Positions 29,234 to 39,078 of a DNA stretch of 64,000 bases are shown in pieces. Location of the stretch: positions 1 through 64,000 of the IMG/VR virus record IMGVR_UViG_3300005323_000039, one strand, 5' to 3'. Numbering within the stretch: position 1 is the stretch's first letter; each line of letters begins with the position of its first letter. The translations under genes were made by a program, and so were the position numbers. Source of the DNA: a virus (taxonomy: Duplodnaviria > Heunggongvirae > Uroviricota > Caudoviricetes). The notes beneath the pieces are model-generated. The model worked only from the letters and a program-made list of their open reading frames with translations. It did no database searches and was not told the origin of the DNA.

Positions 29234-29890
29234 GTGGGTACATTGGAACTACGTTACGCAACATTAAAGAATGTTTGGCCTAAAGTTTTGTCCGAAGTTT
29301 TTGACAAAGGACAACTAGTTTGTATTGATGGCGTGTGGACACTTGAACTTCCGCACGTCCTCACTACAATTATTTCGAATCCTTTGGATCGGACGTTGCC
29401 TGTAAATTGTGGTTGGAGTGAAAGAGTTTTATTGGAATGTTATGTGCCACAGCTTGTACTGGATTTTAACCCTGGCTTTACTTATTCATATGGAAATCGC
29501 ACATTCCAACAAGTGAATCAAATAGTGGAAGTTCTTAAAGAAGACTGTACGAGTCGTCATGGGGTGGCCGTTACGTGGAGACCAAGTGATATTGATTCAA
29601 GCGACCCTCCCTGCATGATTTTAATGGATTTCAAAATAAGGAAGGGAATGCTCCACTTGACGGTATATTACAGGTCACATGATTTATACGGAGCCGCACC
29701 AGCGAATATTTTTGCTTTAAGTGTTTTGTTGGAAAAGCGTGCAACAGAGTTGAACGTCGATGTCGGAACTTTAACGATTGTTTCGAATAAAGGCCACATT
29801 TATGCAACAGATTTGGAAAAAGCTTCGCGTGTATGCAACAGAACGAACGTATGCGAGCAAATTTTATACGAAATCGAATTAAAGAGTTGA
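29234..29890 (+). CDS. thyA: thymidylate synthase (ThyA) family protein, short archaeal-type; could alternatively be a dUMP/dCMP hydroxymethylase
   Basis: WRPSDIDSSDPPCMILMDFKIRKGMLHLTVYYRSHDLYGAAPANIFALSVLL matches ThyA catalytic-Cys region (PC[HM]...Q/Y-RS-D...G-P-N-I-A-SY-LL). Confidence 0.65.
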   Translation: MGTLELRYATLKNVWPKVLSEVFDKGQLVCIDGVWTLELPHVLTTIISNPLDRTLPVNCGWSERVLLECYVPQLVLDFNPGFTYSYGNRTFQQVNQIVEVLKEDCTSRHGVAVTWRPSDIDSSDPPCMILMDFKIRKGMLHLTVYYRSHDLYGAAPANIFALSVLLEKRATELNVDVGTLTIVSNKGHIYATDLEKASRVCNRTNVCEQILYEIELKS

Positions 29891-30054
29891 ACGTATGGAC
29901 GAAATTCTAAAGTATGGTTTTATGTATTGTGTATTGGTTGCATTTAATTATTTAGTTGATTATTATTTGTGGGGACAACCGAGTGGAGTGGATAATTGGA
30001 TCGTTCCAATATTCGTAATGGGCATATTGTATTTGATCGGTTGGAGGTTATAAA

Positions 30055-30318
30055 TTGTCACAAATTGTGCTATATACATTGCCTGATTGTGCTCGGTGCG
30101 AACTCTTAAAGCAAACATTGAGCCAAATGAATGTCGAATATCAGATCGAACGTATGACGTCACCTGCTGCTCAAACAGACCTTCTATCGAATGGAGTGTT
30201 TGTGCTGAGCGCGCCCGTTCTTCGAATAAACAATACGTTCCTCACAATAAATGAATTGTTCGTTGGAGATGTACTGAATAAACAAACTTTGGAGGCTGCT
30301 CTACATGGTAATCAGTAA
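30055..30318 (+). CDS. glutaredoxin/NrdH-like thioredoxin-fold protein
   Basis: VLYTLPDCARCELLK CxxC active site directly after first beta-strand; 87 aa. Confidence 0.6.
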   Translation: MSQIVLYTLPDCARCELLKQTLSQMNVEYQIERMTSPAAQTDLLSNGVFVLSAPVLRINNTFLTINELFVGDVLNKQTLEAALHGNQ

Positions 30319-30739
30319 GAGACTAAACGCTGGCATCAAAACTAACTCTTCGCGAATTGATTGTGCGGACGGCTCCGGCCCATACCTAACAGAATATTTG
30401 TATCAAGTTCCGACGGCTCCATTGGATCGTGCAGAGGAGTTTGAACGAAAAAAGAACGCGCATAAATTTAATGACATCGCAGAATCCATAGGAAGATTAG
30501 TTGCTCAGAAGAATGCTCGATATGGGGATTCTGCTGGCAGAACAGCAAAACTATTAAAAGTTTTATGGCCGGACGGCATTCCGCCCACTTCATACGATGA
30601 TGCTCAATTGATTATACGAATACTGGATAAACTTAATCGATTGGCAGCAGGTGATCGAACGGCTCGATTAGACGCTTGGCGCGACATTACAGGGTATGGA
30701 GTGCTTGGAGTGGAGCAATCCGAACGAACCAAAGAATGA
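30305..30739 (+). CDS. hypothetical protein
   Basis: ORF in + array. Confidence 0.4.
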   Translation: MVISKRLNAGIKTNSSRIDCADGSGPYLTEYLYQVPTAPLDRAEEFERKKNAHKFNDIAESIGRLVAQKNARYGDSAGRTAKLLKVLWPDGIPPTSYDDAQLIIRILDKLNRLAAGDRTARLDAWRDITGYGVLGVEQSERTKE

Positions 30740-30749
30740 GGTACAATAC

Positions 30750-30965
30750 ATGAAATGTCCTGAATGCGTAAAATTGGGTGCAAAGTCTCTTGTGTATCCT
30801 GGAATATGTAGCAGTACATTAATGTATTGTCCTCCATATTACGACGAAGAAGGGAACCTTCACATACACGATGGCAATATAACGACATGTCAATATTCGT
30901 GTAGCAATGGCCATAAGTGGTCGGAAGTTGTTCCGAATAAACCGTGTCCAACTTGTGGAAAGTGA
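30750..30965 (+). CDS. small zinc-ribbon protein (71 aa)
   Basis: CPEC ... CPTC; internal ATG at 30750 with GAGGT upstream chosen over track start 30696. Confidence 0.4.
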   Translation: MKCPECVKLGAKSLVYPGICSSTLMYCPPYYDEEGNLHIHDGNITTCQYSCSNGHKWSEVVPNKPCPTCGK

Positions 30966-31157
30966 CTCCAAATGAAGTCCTCTGAACTAATTGCATTAGA
31001 TCCTACATGGTTGAGTGAAATTGATCATTTGCTAGAATGTAAAGTGTGTCAATCTACATTTGATTATGTATATGGTGAATTGAGTTTGGAAGAAATTCGC
31101 AAAAACATACCACAGATATTAGAAATGTTTGAATATATTTAACAAGGAGTATGACTT

Positions 31158-31565
31158 GTGGGATATGAAATCAGAGTAACGGATATAAAATTCAACATAT
31201 CCAAAGAGCACTTTTCGAGTGTTTTGTCTGCAATAGCTAGAATACCAGAAATATTAGCATGGACTGACCGACCAAGGCTTATAAACATAGCTACTAAAAA
31301 CCATCTTTCCAATACATTCGATGAATTGATGTGGCCAATTGAAATAAACACCAATGGAGACATTTCTGATTTACGATATGAGGCTCCTGATAAAAAATTG
31401 GGAGACGAAGCTATATGGATGGAAGCAATTGCGCCATATGTCACATCTGGTAGCTATATAGAAGTTCATGGTGAAGATGGTGATATGTGGCGTTGGTACT
31501 TTTTGGGAGGAAAATTTTATGAAGTCAAACCAACCATCACGTGGAATGTTGCACGCTCTGATTAA
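31158..31565 (+). CDS. hypothetical protein
   Basis: ORF in + array. Confidence 0.4.
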   Translation: MGYEIRVTDIKFNISKEHFSSVLSAIARIPEILAWTDRPRLINIATKNHLSNTFDELMWPIEINTNGDISDLRYEAPDKKLGDEAIWMEAIAPYVTSGSYIEVHGEDGDMWRWYFLGGKFYEVKPTITWNVARSD

Positions 31566-31835
31566 ATGACGCCAAGTGAATTCAACTCCCTATATGGTCG
31601 AGAGCTGCGTACCGTGCATATGTCCTTCCTCAAGCGGATCAGAAGGCATGGAAACTGGCAATGGTACGTTCTGAACGACGCGAACCAATTAGTCGGCTAT
31701 ATAGCGGTTAAAGCTTTGCCTAAAGCTCAAAGCTACGTTTTCAAAGCATACATTGAGCGAATACCACAGGTTACTCCAATTGAACGTTACGCAACGTACA
31801 ATGAATGTTGGGAACGTTTTCTCCAATTGCTTTAA
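31566..31835 (+). CDS. hypothetical protein
   Basis: ORF in + array. Confidence 0.4.
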   Translation: MTPSEFNSLYGRELRTVHMSFLKRIRRHGNWQWYVLNDANQLVGYIAVKALPKAQSYVFKAYIERIPQVTPIERYATYNECWERFLQLL

Positions 31836-31873
31836 ACGTTAGCTATATATACTAGCTCAACGTACTTAGCGTT

Positions 31874-32137
31874 ATGTACGCATATGATTTGTTTGGCGTA
31901 AGTGAGGAGTTCAGTCGCAAAGTGTACGCAACACTCCACGCATGCATGCTAGATGACAGTATCAATACAATCGAGTCATTGAAGATCGAATTGATGAAAG
32001 TTGCATCCAATCCGAACGAAAGGGAATTTGTAGCCTTTCAGTTGGGCAGAGTTGTGGAGCAGAATCAGCAGGCAGTCGATGAACGCTCTGGTGAAGAATG
32101 TTCTGAAGGTTGTTCTTGTTGTTCAGAAGGTGAGTAG
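31874..32137 (+). CDS. small acidic protein, paralogue a
   Basis: Shares FGVxEEF...P.EREF.A motif with next ORF. Confidence 0.4.
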   Translation: MYAYDLFGVSEEFSRKVYATLHACMLDDSINTIESLKIELMKVASNPNEREFVAFQLGRVVEQNQQAVDERSGEECSEGCSCCSEGE

Positions 32138-32138
32138 A

Positions 32139-32399
32139 ATGGACGGATATAGTGCGCACGAGCAGTTCGGTGTGGAGGAGAGCTTTGCAGACGAAATCTC
32201 AACCATAACAGAGGACTTCATGAAGAACGGAGATGGCGATTCGCTTGAACTCCTCCACAGATTCCAAGCAGTTGCGAAGACTCCACAGGAACGTGAGTTC
32301 GCCGCATATGCCTTCGGCAAAATTTCTGGCTTTGATGTTGCAATGGGCAAGGCCATGCAAAAGTTAGAAGAGCTAGAAGCCCGTATGATGTCCACATGA
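32139..32399 (+). CDS. small acidic protein, paralogue b
   Basis: In-frame ATG at 32139 chosen (MDGYSAHEQFGVEESF); tandem duplicate of previous; followed by T9 run. Confidence 0.4.
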   Translation: MDGYSAHEQFGVEESFADEISTITEDFMKNGDGDSLELLHRFQAVAKTPQEREFAAYAFGKISGFDVAMGKAMQKLEELEARMMST

Positions 32400-32420
32400 T
32401 GTTGTTCTGACTGCAGTTTA

Positions 32421-32429
32421 TTTTTTTTT
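32421..32429 (+). terminator. T9 run (archaeal-type terminator)
   Basis: Immediately after stop of 32139..32399. Confidence 0.3.
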
Positions 32430-32443
32430 CTAACTCTTACCAC

Positions 32444-32467
32444 AAACTATATATACTAGAACGAACA
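32444..32467 (+). promoter_or_regulatory. promoter-like motif CAAACTATATATACTAGAACGAAC
   Basis: Recurring intergenic motif; follows T9 run. Confidence 0.35.
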
Positions 32468-32567
32468 TACGCTAGAGTTAATTAAATCTTTTGATCATCG
32501 TCACAAATATGATTAAAGTGGTGCTTTACGTCACTATGATTATATTGAATACGAATTAATCGAATTT

Positions 32568-33215
32568 TTGGGACATATTCAAATGGATCACTCTGAGCCA
32601 AAATTGCTTCGTCAACATGGACGGGATCATTGCAAGATTTGCGGTATACTCTTAACCAACGATAATGCGTATGCTCGCAAGGACACAATCAATGGCTTGC
32701 ACGCGTATTGTAAGCAACACTATTGGGAACAACTGAAGCAATGGAAAGAAAACCCACATCGTACGTACAAACTTGTAGTGAACAGAGGGTCGTATGAGCC
32801 GTTCGTTTTAGAGTTTGACTCGATGGCTGCAAAGCGCGCGTATATATCAGATCGGAGGTTGTTTGCAAGGTGGGGTCGATGCCATCAATCGGAAAGTTCG
32901 AGAAATGGTTGTGCTGTAGACAGGCTTGTTGAGTACGACGAAGATATACACCAAAAGCAACACGTACAAGCTAAATGCATAGGAAAATTCGGAGATACGA
33001 ACGTTCATTGTGATGGAACCCTTCGTTATGACGACCATGGCTCGATGGTTTGTGACAAATGCGGCACAATTTTAGAAGGTATTCCTTTTGAAGAGGCTCA
33101 TTGTAGCTCAAATTACTCGATGGTGGGTTACAAGCAGCGCCGCTACAATTTATATTATAATGACGCTGACGATTACCAAACCGTGGATAAATTTTACACG
33201 AAGGCCATGAAGTAA
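32568..33215 (+). CDS. Cys/His-rich zinc-binding protein
   Basis: Multiple CxxC pairs (CKIC, CDKC, HCDG). Confidence 0.45.
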   Translation: MGHIQMDHSEPKLLRQHGRDHCKICGILLTNDNAYARKDTINGLHAYCKQHYWEQLKQWKENPHRTYKLVVNRGSYEPFVLEFDSMAAKRAYISDRRLFARWGRCHQSESSRNGCAVDRLVEYDEDIHQKQHVQAKCIGKFGDTNVHCDGTLRYDDHGSMVCDKCGTILEGIPFEEAHCSSNYSMVGYKQRRYNLYYNDADDYQTVDKFYTKAMK

Positions 33216-33306
33216 ATGACGCCCAATGATTTGCATGATTGTTTTGTACGTGATCACAACGCACAAACGTTAAATGGAATTTATTCTTACGACGATGAAC
33301 TAGAGT

Positions 33307-33705
33307 TTGAGCAAGAGTTGGAAGGAGTTTCTGAAGATTATGTCTGTTAAAGAATGGATTGGCGAAGCGTTTCTAAAGTTGGCGACTATCTTTAAAGATG
33401 AATGGGAGCCGCCCACAAAATACTGCGTAGAAGCTAACGGTACAAGGTACTTCGTCTGTGACTACAAACCAAATCCGATATACGGTATAGATGTTGTTTG
33501 GGAAGAAGACGATGGTCGCGTTGTGATGGGCACAATAGCCGAAGTCAGTATATTTGATTATGATTCGGATATGACATTGGAAAAGTTTGCTAACATCAAG
33601 AAAGCAACAATAGATTACCAGGTGCAAAAAGCAACCGAAGCGATCGCTCAACAAGAAGAACTTGAACAACCTGCAAAACCCTGTTCAGGTGAAGGCTACT
33701 TTTAG
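33307..33705 (+). CDS. hypothetical protein
   Basis: ORF in + array. Confidence 0.4.
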   Translation: MSKSWKEFLKIMSVKEWIGEAFLKLATIFKDEWEPPTKYCVEANGTRYFVCDYKPNPIYGIDVVWEEDDGRVVMGTIAEVSIFDYDSDMTLEKFANIKKATIDYQVQKATEAIAQQEELEQPAKPCSGEGYF

Positions 33706-33724
33706 TCAATTGGACGTGCTTTAA

Positions 33725-33979
33725 ATGATTACACAACTGTATGTTGGCGAAGTTACACTCAATTTAGATGACGGACGATCAATTGTGTATCGATTAGAAA
33801 ATATAAAACCTAAAATCGAATATAAAGATACTGGCAATGGTACTGTCATGGCTCATGAAACGTCCGAATCAACATACATCAGAGCTAACGTTATGTTAAA
33901 GCAACTTGAATGGGCTGCAATAAATGCACGTCGCATACGAGAACGAGTAGAAAATGATGGTGGACTATTCGATGGCTAG
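33725..33979 (+). CDS. hypothetical protein
   Basis: ORF in + array. Confidence 0.4.
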   Translation: MITQLYVGEVTLNLDDGRSIVYRLENIKPKIEYKDTGNGTVMAHETSESTYIRANVMLKQLEWAAINARRIRERVENDGGLFDG

Positions 33980-34379
33980 TCTATTCCTCCCCAAACATGT
34001 AATCAATCGCTTTATTTTGAATGACGACGCGAAGTTGTGGTGGCCTAACGACGACAATCCCACACTCGAAGACCATTTAAATGGTTATCCAACACGCGCT
34101 GTTCGCTACGATTTAGTGTGCGAAAGTTCTGAATGTTCTGATGCGTACATTATGCGCAACGGAATACTCATTAAGCCTCACATAATTGATCCAAATGACC
34201 TAGACAAGCGTGTAAGATCAATACAAGACCTTGTGAAGAATCCGCGTTCCTCTACAGAGTATATTGTACGTTTGATTGTTCGATTGAAGGAACGATGCGT
34301 TGCTGAAGGTAGGCAAGATTTGGTTGTTGTGCTAGAGGGCGCGCTTGTGGCGTGTGAGGATCGGAAGGGTCGTAAGTAA
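33954..34379 (+). CDS. hypothetical protein
   Basis: ORF in + array. Confidence 0.4.
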   Translation: MMVDYSMASLFLPKHVINRFILNDDAKLWWPNDDNPTLEDHLNGYPTRAVRYDLVCESSECSDAYIMRNGILIKPHIIDPNDLDKRVRSIQDLVKNPRSSTEYIVRLIVRLKERCVAEGRQDLVVVLEGALVACEDRKGRK

Positions 34380-34405
34380 TATAAAAAAATAAAGGAGTTT
34401 AATGT

Positions 34406-34798
34406 ATGGTAAATCTGACATGTGCAAATTGTGGATCTAATAGAGATGTAGAAAATCCGCCGTCTAAATTTAGGTGCAAAATCTGCGGCGCTCCAAACAG
34501 CGTCGTGTCTGAGCTAAATGACAGCGGAGAGCAAGCTTGTGGCTGCATTTTGCCTACTGGATTTGAATTTTCGCTACCCGCTGGCCGAATTGGTAACAAA
34601 ATTACAGGCTACAAGTACACTTCACCCGATGACGGTACGCCTCTCACAAAGGAAGAATATATTGTGGCATTTAATATTGACCCTGAAATCGCTCTAGAGT
34701 ATATGCGGAATGGTGGAGCTGCTGCAGAACGCGACGATGACGTCGATTTGAGTACGCTCAAGCGTAAGAATGAACGTGGCGTGAAGGTGTTGAAGTGA
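34406..34798 (+). CDS. zinc-ribbon protein
   Basis: CANC...CKIC at N-terminus; GGAG upstream. Confidence 0.4.
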   Translation: MVNLTCANCGSNRDVENPPSKFRCKICGAPNSVVSELNDSGEQACGCILPTGFEFSLPAGRIGNKITGYKYTSPDDGTPLTKEEYIVAFNIDPEIALEYMRNGGAAAERDDDVDLSTLKRKNERGVKVLK

Positions 34799-35187
34799 AG
34801 CTTGCTTTATTCGCTCTGCTCATGGTGTTCGTTGGCATAGCAGGTTCAGTTGACCCATCTGATATTGTGAAGTCTCACAAGGCTGGAGGACCTCCCGCTA
34901 AATTAGACCTTTGCTGGACTGATAGAGAAGCTGCATATCTAATTGATGATGCGAATGCTCCCTTGCTCAAATGGACTCCAATGGCTCCTTTCGATTTAGG
35001 TCATTATCAAACTGAATCGATTAGAGTGAATCAAAGTTTACAAGATGCATTGACTCCAGCTGTAGTGGATTTTATTAACACAGTTCAACCAATACCTACT
35101 AGTGTGAGATCGGAGGTTACAAACCTCACTCCGATTAATGTTACAAACTTGACGGGAGTGGGCGCGCTGGATATGGAGTATCTGTAA
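34795..35187 (+). CDS. secreted hypothetical protein (signal peptide)
   Basis: N-terminal hydrophobic leader MKLALFALLMVFVGIAGS. Confidence 0.4.
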   Translation: MKLALFALLMVFVGIAGSVDPSDIVKSHKAGGPPAKLDLCWTDREAAYLIDDANAPLLKWTPMAPFDLGHYQTESIRVNQSLQDALTPAVVDFINTVQPIPTSVRSEVTNLTPINVTNLTGVGALDMEYL

Positions 35188-35204
35188 TTAATGGTGAATA
35201 TTTT

Positions 35205-35741
35205 ATGAACACAACCAATGTTTATGCGATCTCCCCAGGAGATTTGTGTGTAGTGTTTAGTGAAGATATTATATCGATTACTGTTCCACTCAAATGGATT
35301 GTAATCGAACAATATGCATCTGGCGTCTCTAGTGATCCGTGCTTGGATGGAACAGCATATGGTGCATTTTGTGTATGTAGTGAATGCATGGATAGTCAAT
35401 TGATTAACATATTTGATAAAGCGTTCAATATCAAGGCACGATTTAACATACTCAACAAAGGTCGAGTAAACGGAGATTTCGAAGTTTCACCAGTTTATTC
35501 TGAAGTTCGTAATGTATGCATAACAAAATTTGAAACAATTGTACCAAACCAAGGAACAGTACAAAAGGTATATTACTTTTCCAATGGTGAATTTCCAAGA
35601 TACATTCCGGTCAGAGAAATTCCAAAAGATATTGAAACACACAATACGAATTTCAATGTAAACGTTCATGAGTATGATCGAATAACTGAAGAAACAGTAA
35701 AATGTGCATTGGAAGAGTTAATTCGAGGAGCTTTGGTCTAA
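35205..35741 (+). CDS. hypothetical protein
   Basis: ORF in + array. Confidence 0.4.
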   Translation: MNTTNVYAISPGDLCVVFSEDIISITVPLKWIVIEQYASGVSSDPCLDGTAYGAFCVCSECMDSQLINIFDKAFNIKARFNILNKGRVNGDFEVSPVYSEVRNVCITKFETIVPNQGTVQKVYYFSNGEFPRYIPVREIPKDIETHNTNFNVNVHEYDRITEETVKCALEELIRGALV

Positions 35742-36112
35742 TGGTTAAAAGGAAGTTCGTTCAAGAAGGAGTAGAACTCAGACTTGCTCCTAGTGAATTC
35801 GATCGGTGGAGGCAGAATGGTTGGCTCCAAGAGGATGGCGTATGTACGTTCCCGATTGAAGTGAAGGAAAGTTTGTTAGAAGTTAGAGTAGTGGGATTGC
35901 CGCCGACCTGGTGGGATATAGCTACTCCAAGTGCTGTAGCTAAAGCGTTGCGCGACGGATTTATTCAATTTAAGAATAGCCAGAACCAATGGCTAACGAA
36001 GGCTCAATATGCGCGAAGGTATGGAGAATATCCTGCACCAGAACTCCTAGCGCAAGTTTTGGGCGTAATGCTGCCTCAAAAGAACGTGTTCGTACGCGTG
36101 ATTAAAGCATAA
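35741..36112 (+). CDS. hypothetical protein
   Basis: ATG overlapping previous stop (TAATG) chosen over longer track ORF. Confidence 0.4.
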   Translation: MVKRKFVQEGVELRLAPSEFDRWRQNGWLQEDGVCTFPIEVKESLLEVRVVGLPPTWWDIATPSAVAKALRDGFIQFKNSQNQWLTKAQYARRYGEYPAPELLAQVLGVMLPQKNVFVRVIKA

Positions 36113-36129
36113 AGTTTACTTACGGTTTT

Positions 36130-36717
36130 ATGGCCACTCCCAATATAATACCACCAGATGCCCTCGACTATATCGCACAAAATAGTGCGATGACAGCGGA
36201 CGAGTTACGTGTCATTATCAGAGAAAAATGGAATGTCGACGTATCTAGAGTGGCAATAACGTTGCATTTGAGGAAGGCGCGTACTCTAGCGGAAGCTCGC
36301 ACCGCCCACGCTGACGCAGAAATTTCACGCAAAGTTGCTCAACGTGTAGCAACTCAAATTGACCCTATACTCCAAGCAATGGAAGAGCAATTGCAAGTCC
36401 AGTTGCAAGTACTTCGTGGAGAGCATCCTCACGTTCGTTTAAATCGACGCGGAAAGAACGGAGAGTTACTAGACGATTGGGACAACAGATCGTGGAATTC
36501 AACCGAAAAGCTATTCTATGAGTCGGCCAAAACCTACTTAAATTTAAGGCCTCCTGCCCAAGTTATTGAAATCAACTCTAAAGATGACGTGCAACAATTG
36601 GAGGAGCTTTTGCAGGACGGCCACCTAACCGAAGAGGACATTGTTGCTATGATCTCTCTACAGGAAAAAGTTGAGCGTGCTAAAAAAGAAGCACACGACG
36701 CCTCCGACAAAGAATAA
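36130..36717 (+). CDS. terminase small subunit candidate (HTH N-terminus, coiled-coil middle)
   Basis: Immediately upstream of TerL, 195 aa, N-terminal helix-turn-helix-like segment; positional inference only. Confidence 0.35.
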   Translation: MATPNIIPPDALDYIAQNSAMTADELRVIIREKWNVDVSRVAITLHLRKARTLAEARTAHADAEISRKVAQRVATQIDPILQAMEEQLQVQLQVLRGEHPHVRLNRRGKNGELLDDWDNRSWNSTEKLFYESAKTYLNLRPPAQVIEINSKDDVQQLEELLQDGHLTEEDIVAMISLQEKVERAKKEAHDASDKE

Positions 36718-36731
36718 GTCATTTTTATAGA

Positions 36732-38252
36732 TTGTTGTTTTTTGAATGTATTTTTGGTTCGTTACACATGCTCTACTCTAGTGACACTTTGAAAGTCGTG
36801 ATGGCTCGCCTCCACTTCTTTCCATTCGTCGAATATATGTGGTCGTATAATAATTACGAAGTGAATTGGCATCACAAAGTTTTGTGTGAGTATTTGGAGA
36901 AGTGGGCCTTCGGAAACATCAAACGTTTGATGGTATTCATGCCTCCCGGTAGCGGAAAATCGGAGCTAGTGTCTCGTAACTTACCCGCGTGGATTTTCGG
37001 CAAAAACCCAGACGCAATGATGATGGCCACCAGTTACGGAGCAAGCCTCGCTTCCGATATGAACAGAGACGTACAAAGAATACTTGATTCAGAAGCATAT
37101 AAAAAGGTGTTCCCAACTGTTGGATTATCGGGCAAATCGGTTAGAACGGTTACAACGGGCAGCTCTTACCTCCGAAATACTGAAGTGTTTGAAATAGTTA
37201 ATCACAAAGGATATTATAAGTGTGCTGGAATTGGTGGTTCAATTACCGGCAAAAGATTTTTTTATGGAATAATCGATGACCCGTTGCGTGGTCGCAAGGA
37301 TGCCGAATCACAAACAACACGTGACACTATTTGGAACTGGTACAAAGACGATTTCCATACAAGGCAATTAAATAAAGACGCTCGTATATTGCTCACGTTG
37401 ACTCGATGGCACGCAGACGATCTAGCAGGTCGCTTGTTGGAAGAACAACGTACTATTCCCAACGGTGACAAATGGACTGTAGTCAGAATCCCTATGATTT
37501 CCGAAGAGGACGACAGATGTCCTGAAGATCCTAGGGAGGTTGGGCAACCTTTGTGGCCGTCTCGATTTGGCGGAATTGAAGCAATGGAAGCTCTGCGACA
37601 AAGCAAAGGTACGTATTCTTGGGCAGGTCTCTATCAACAGCGCCCGACTCTGGCCGCAGGTAACATCTTCAACAGAGGGTGGTGGCGCTATTATAAACAA
37701 TCACCAGAAGAGCAAGCCGCTGGATGTACTGAATTGATACAAACTTGGGACTGCACCTTCAAAGATGGAGATGGTACAGATTATGTCGTGGGCCAAGTTT
37801 GGGGCAGAGATCGCGCTGACAAATATTTAATTGACCAGGTACGTGGTAGAATGGACTTTCCGACCACTCTTAGTGCCATACGAAGCTTGAGCGCGAAGTG
37901 GCCTAAAGCAACACGCAAACTTATAGAGGACAAAGCGAATGGTCCTGCCGTCATTTCCACTCTACAACACGAAATCGCTGGCATCATTCCAGTCAAACCT
38001 GAAGGAGGTAAAGTTGTTAGAGCACAGGCAGCAGCTCCAACAATCGAATCAGGCAATGTATATTTGCCGAGTCCTGTGCATGCTCCCTGGATTCATGACT
38101 TCGTACAAGAGTGTTCGGATTTTCCCAACGGCAAACATGACGATATGGTAGATGCATGTACGTACAGTTTAAATTATTTCATCAATCGGCCACAAAAGCA
38201 GCGCGTCGCTCTGCCTCACAAGTTAATCAGTAGCGGGGACGGTTGGAGATAG
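36732..38252 (+). CDS. terL: terminase large subunit (ATPase + RNaseH-like nuclease)
   Basis: Walker A MVFMPPGSGKSELV; C-terminal nuclease motifs WDCTFKDGDGTDYVVGQVWGRD and HDDMVDACTY. Confidence 0.85.
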   Translation: MLFFECIFGSLHMLYSSDTLKVVMARLHFFPFVEYMWSYNNYEVNWHHKVLCEYLEKWAFGNIKRLMVFMPPGSGKSELVSRNLPAWIFGKNPDAMMMATSYGASLASDMNRDVQRILDSEAYKKVFPTVGLSGKSVRTVTTGSSYLRNTEVFEIVNHKGYYKCAGIGGSITGKRFFYGIIDDPLRGRKDAESQTTRDTIWNWYKDDFHTRQLNKDARILLTLTRWHADDLAGRLLEEQRTIPNGDKWTVVRIPMISEEDDRCPEDPREVGQPLWPSRFGGIEAMEALRQSKGTYSWAGLYQQRPTLAAGNIFNRGWWRYYKQSPEEQAAGCTELIQTWDCTFKDGDGTDYVVGQVWGRDRADKYLIDQVRGRMDFPTTLSAIRSLSAKWPKATRKLIEDKANGPAVISTLQHEIAGIIPVKPEGGKVVRAQAAAPTIESGNVYLPSPVHAPWIHDFVQECSDFPNGKHDDMVDACTYSLNYFINRPQKQRVALPHKLISSGDGWR

Positions 38253-38265
38253 AGCAAACCCACAA

Positions 38266-38294
38266 CAAAGTATTTATACCAATTCAACGTACGT
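38266..38294 (+). promoter_or_regulatory. promoter-like motif CAAAGTATTTATACC...CAACGTACG
   Basis: Recurring intergenic motif downstream of terL. Confidence 0.3.
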
Positions 38295-38311
38295 TCAATA
38301 AGATGACTTAA

Positions 38312-38506
38312 ATGACTAATAGATATCCATGCGGAAATTGCCCGGATGTTGGTTACGAGGAAGCCCTGAGCGAGTGGACTTGTGAAAGACACCACGTCCT
38401 CTTAGGATATAGTTTGCAACCATATAAGTGTCGTTACTGTAGTATAATAGGCACTAATGGAGATACTCGTCGAACGAAGGATTTATTCGATTGGTTAGGT
38501 GGATGA
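38312..38506 (+). CDS. small zinc-ribbon protein
   Basis: CGNC...CRYC. Confidence 0.35.
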   Translation: MTNRYPCGNCPDVGYEEALSEWTCERHHVLLGYSLQPYKCRYCSIIGTNGDTRRTKDLFDWLGG

Positions 38507-38783
38507 ATTGACCAGAACTAAGCGTGCATACAATAAGCGTCCTATTTATGGTGGCCCTGGCTTCAAAGGCTGGATAGCCAGCCAGAAGATCAAGAATGAA
38601 GACCTCAGAGATCCAGATGCATACGCCTTGCCATATTGGATAGGATACGATCCTTACAGGCAATTGTGTATGGGACATTGTCCATCCTGTAAGAAGAAAT
38701 TCGAGCAGGAGAAGTTAGAGCGAGAGGCCAGAGAGAAGCTATATTCAGATCTCGAAATTGAACATGCTCTAAACGAGGTTTAA
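38499..38783 (+). CDS. hypothetical protein (CPSC pair, coiled coil)
   Basis: ORF in + array. Confidence 0.4.
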   Translation: MDELTRTKRAYNKRPIYGGPGFKGWIASQKIKNEDLRDPDAYALPYWIGYDPYRQLCMGHCPSCKKKFEQEKLEREAREKLYSDLEIEHALNEV

Positions 38784-38786
38784 AGT

Positions 38787-39029
38787 ATGCTTAGAAATGA
38801 CAAATCTATTCACATTTCTGTGCACGATTATGGCTTAATCGGCGAACATGTGATAATCGATTGCGGATATGACAGCGACAGTTATATGTCCCTTACGTGG
38901 AAAGAAGCTCATGTTTTGCACGAAATGTTAGGAGCCTTTCTGAAGGGAAAAGAGCATAAACAGACTGTACTCAACGCACAAATCTTAGCAGAAATCGAAG
39001 CAAAGCGACTTTCCCAATTCACTATTTGA
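38787..39029 (+). CDS. hypothetical protein
   Basis: ORF in + array. Confidence 0.4.
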   Translation: MLRNDKSIHISVHDYGLIGEHVIIDCGYDSDSYMSLTWKEAHVLHEMLGAFLKGKEHKQTVLNAQILAEIEAKRLSQFTI

Positions 39030-39078
39030 TGAATTGAATACATTTAGGCGGAGCGAGCTTTTCGCGAGCGAAGCCGTT

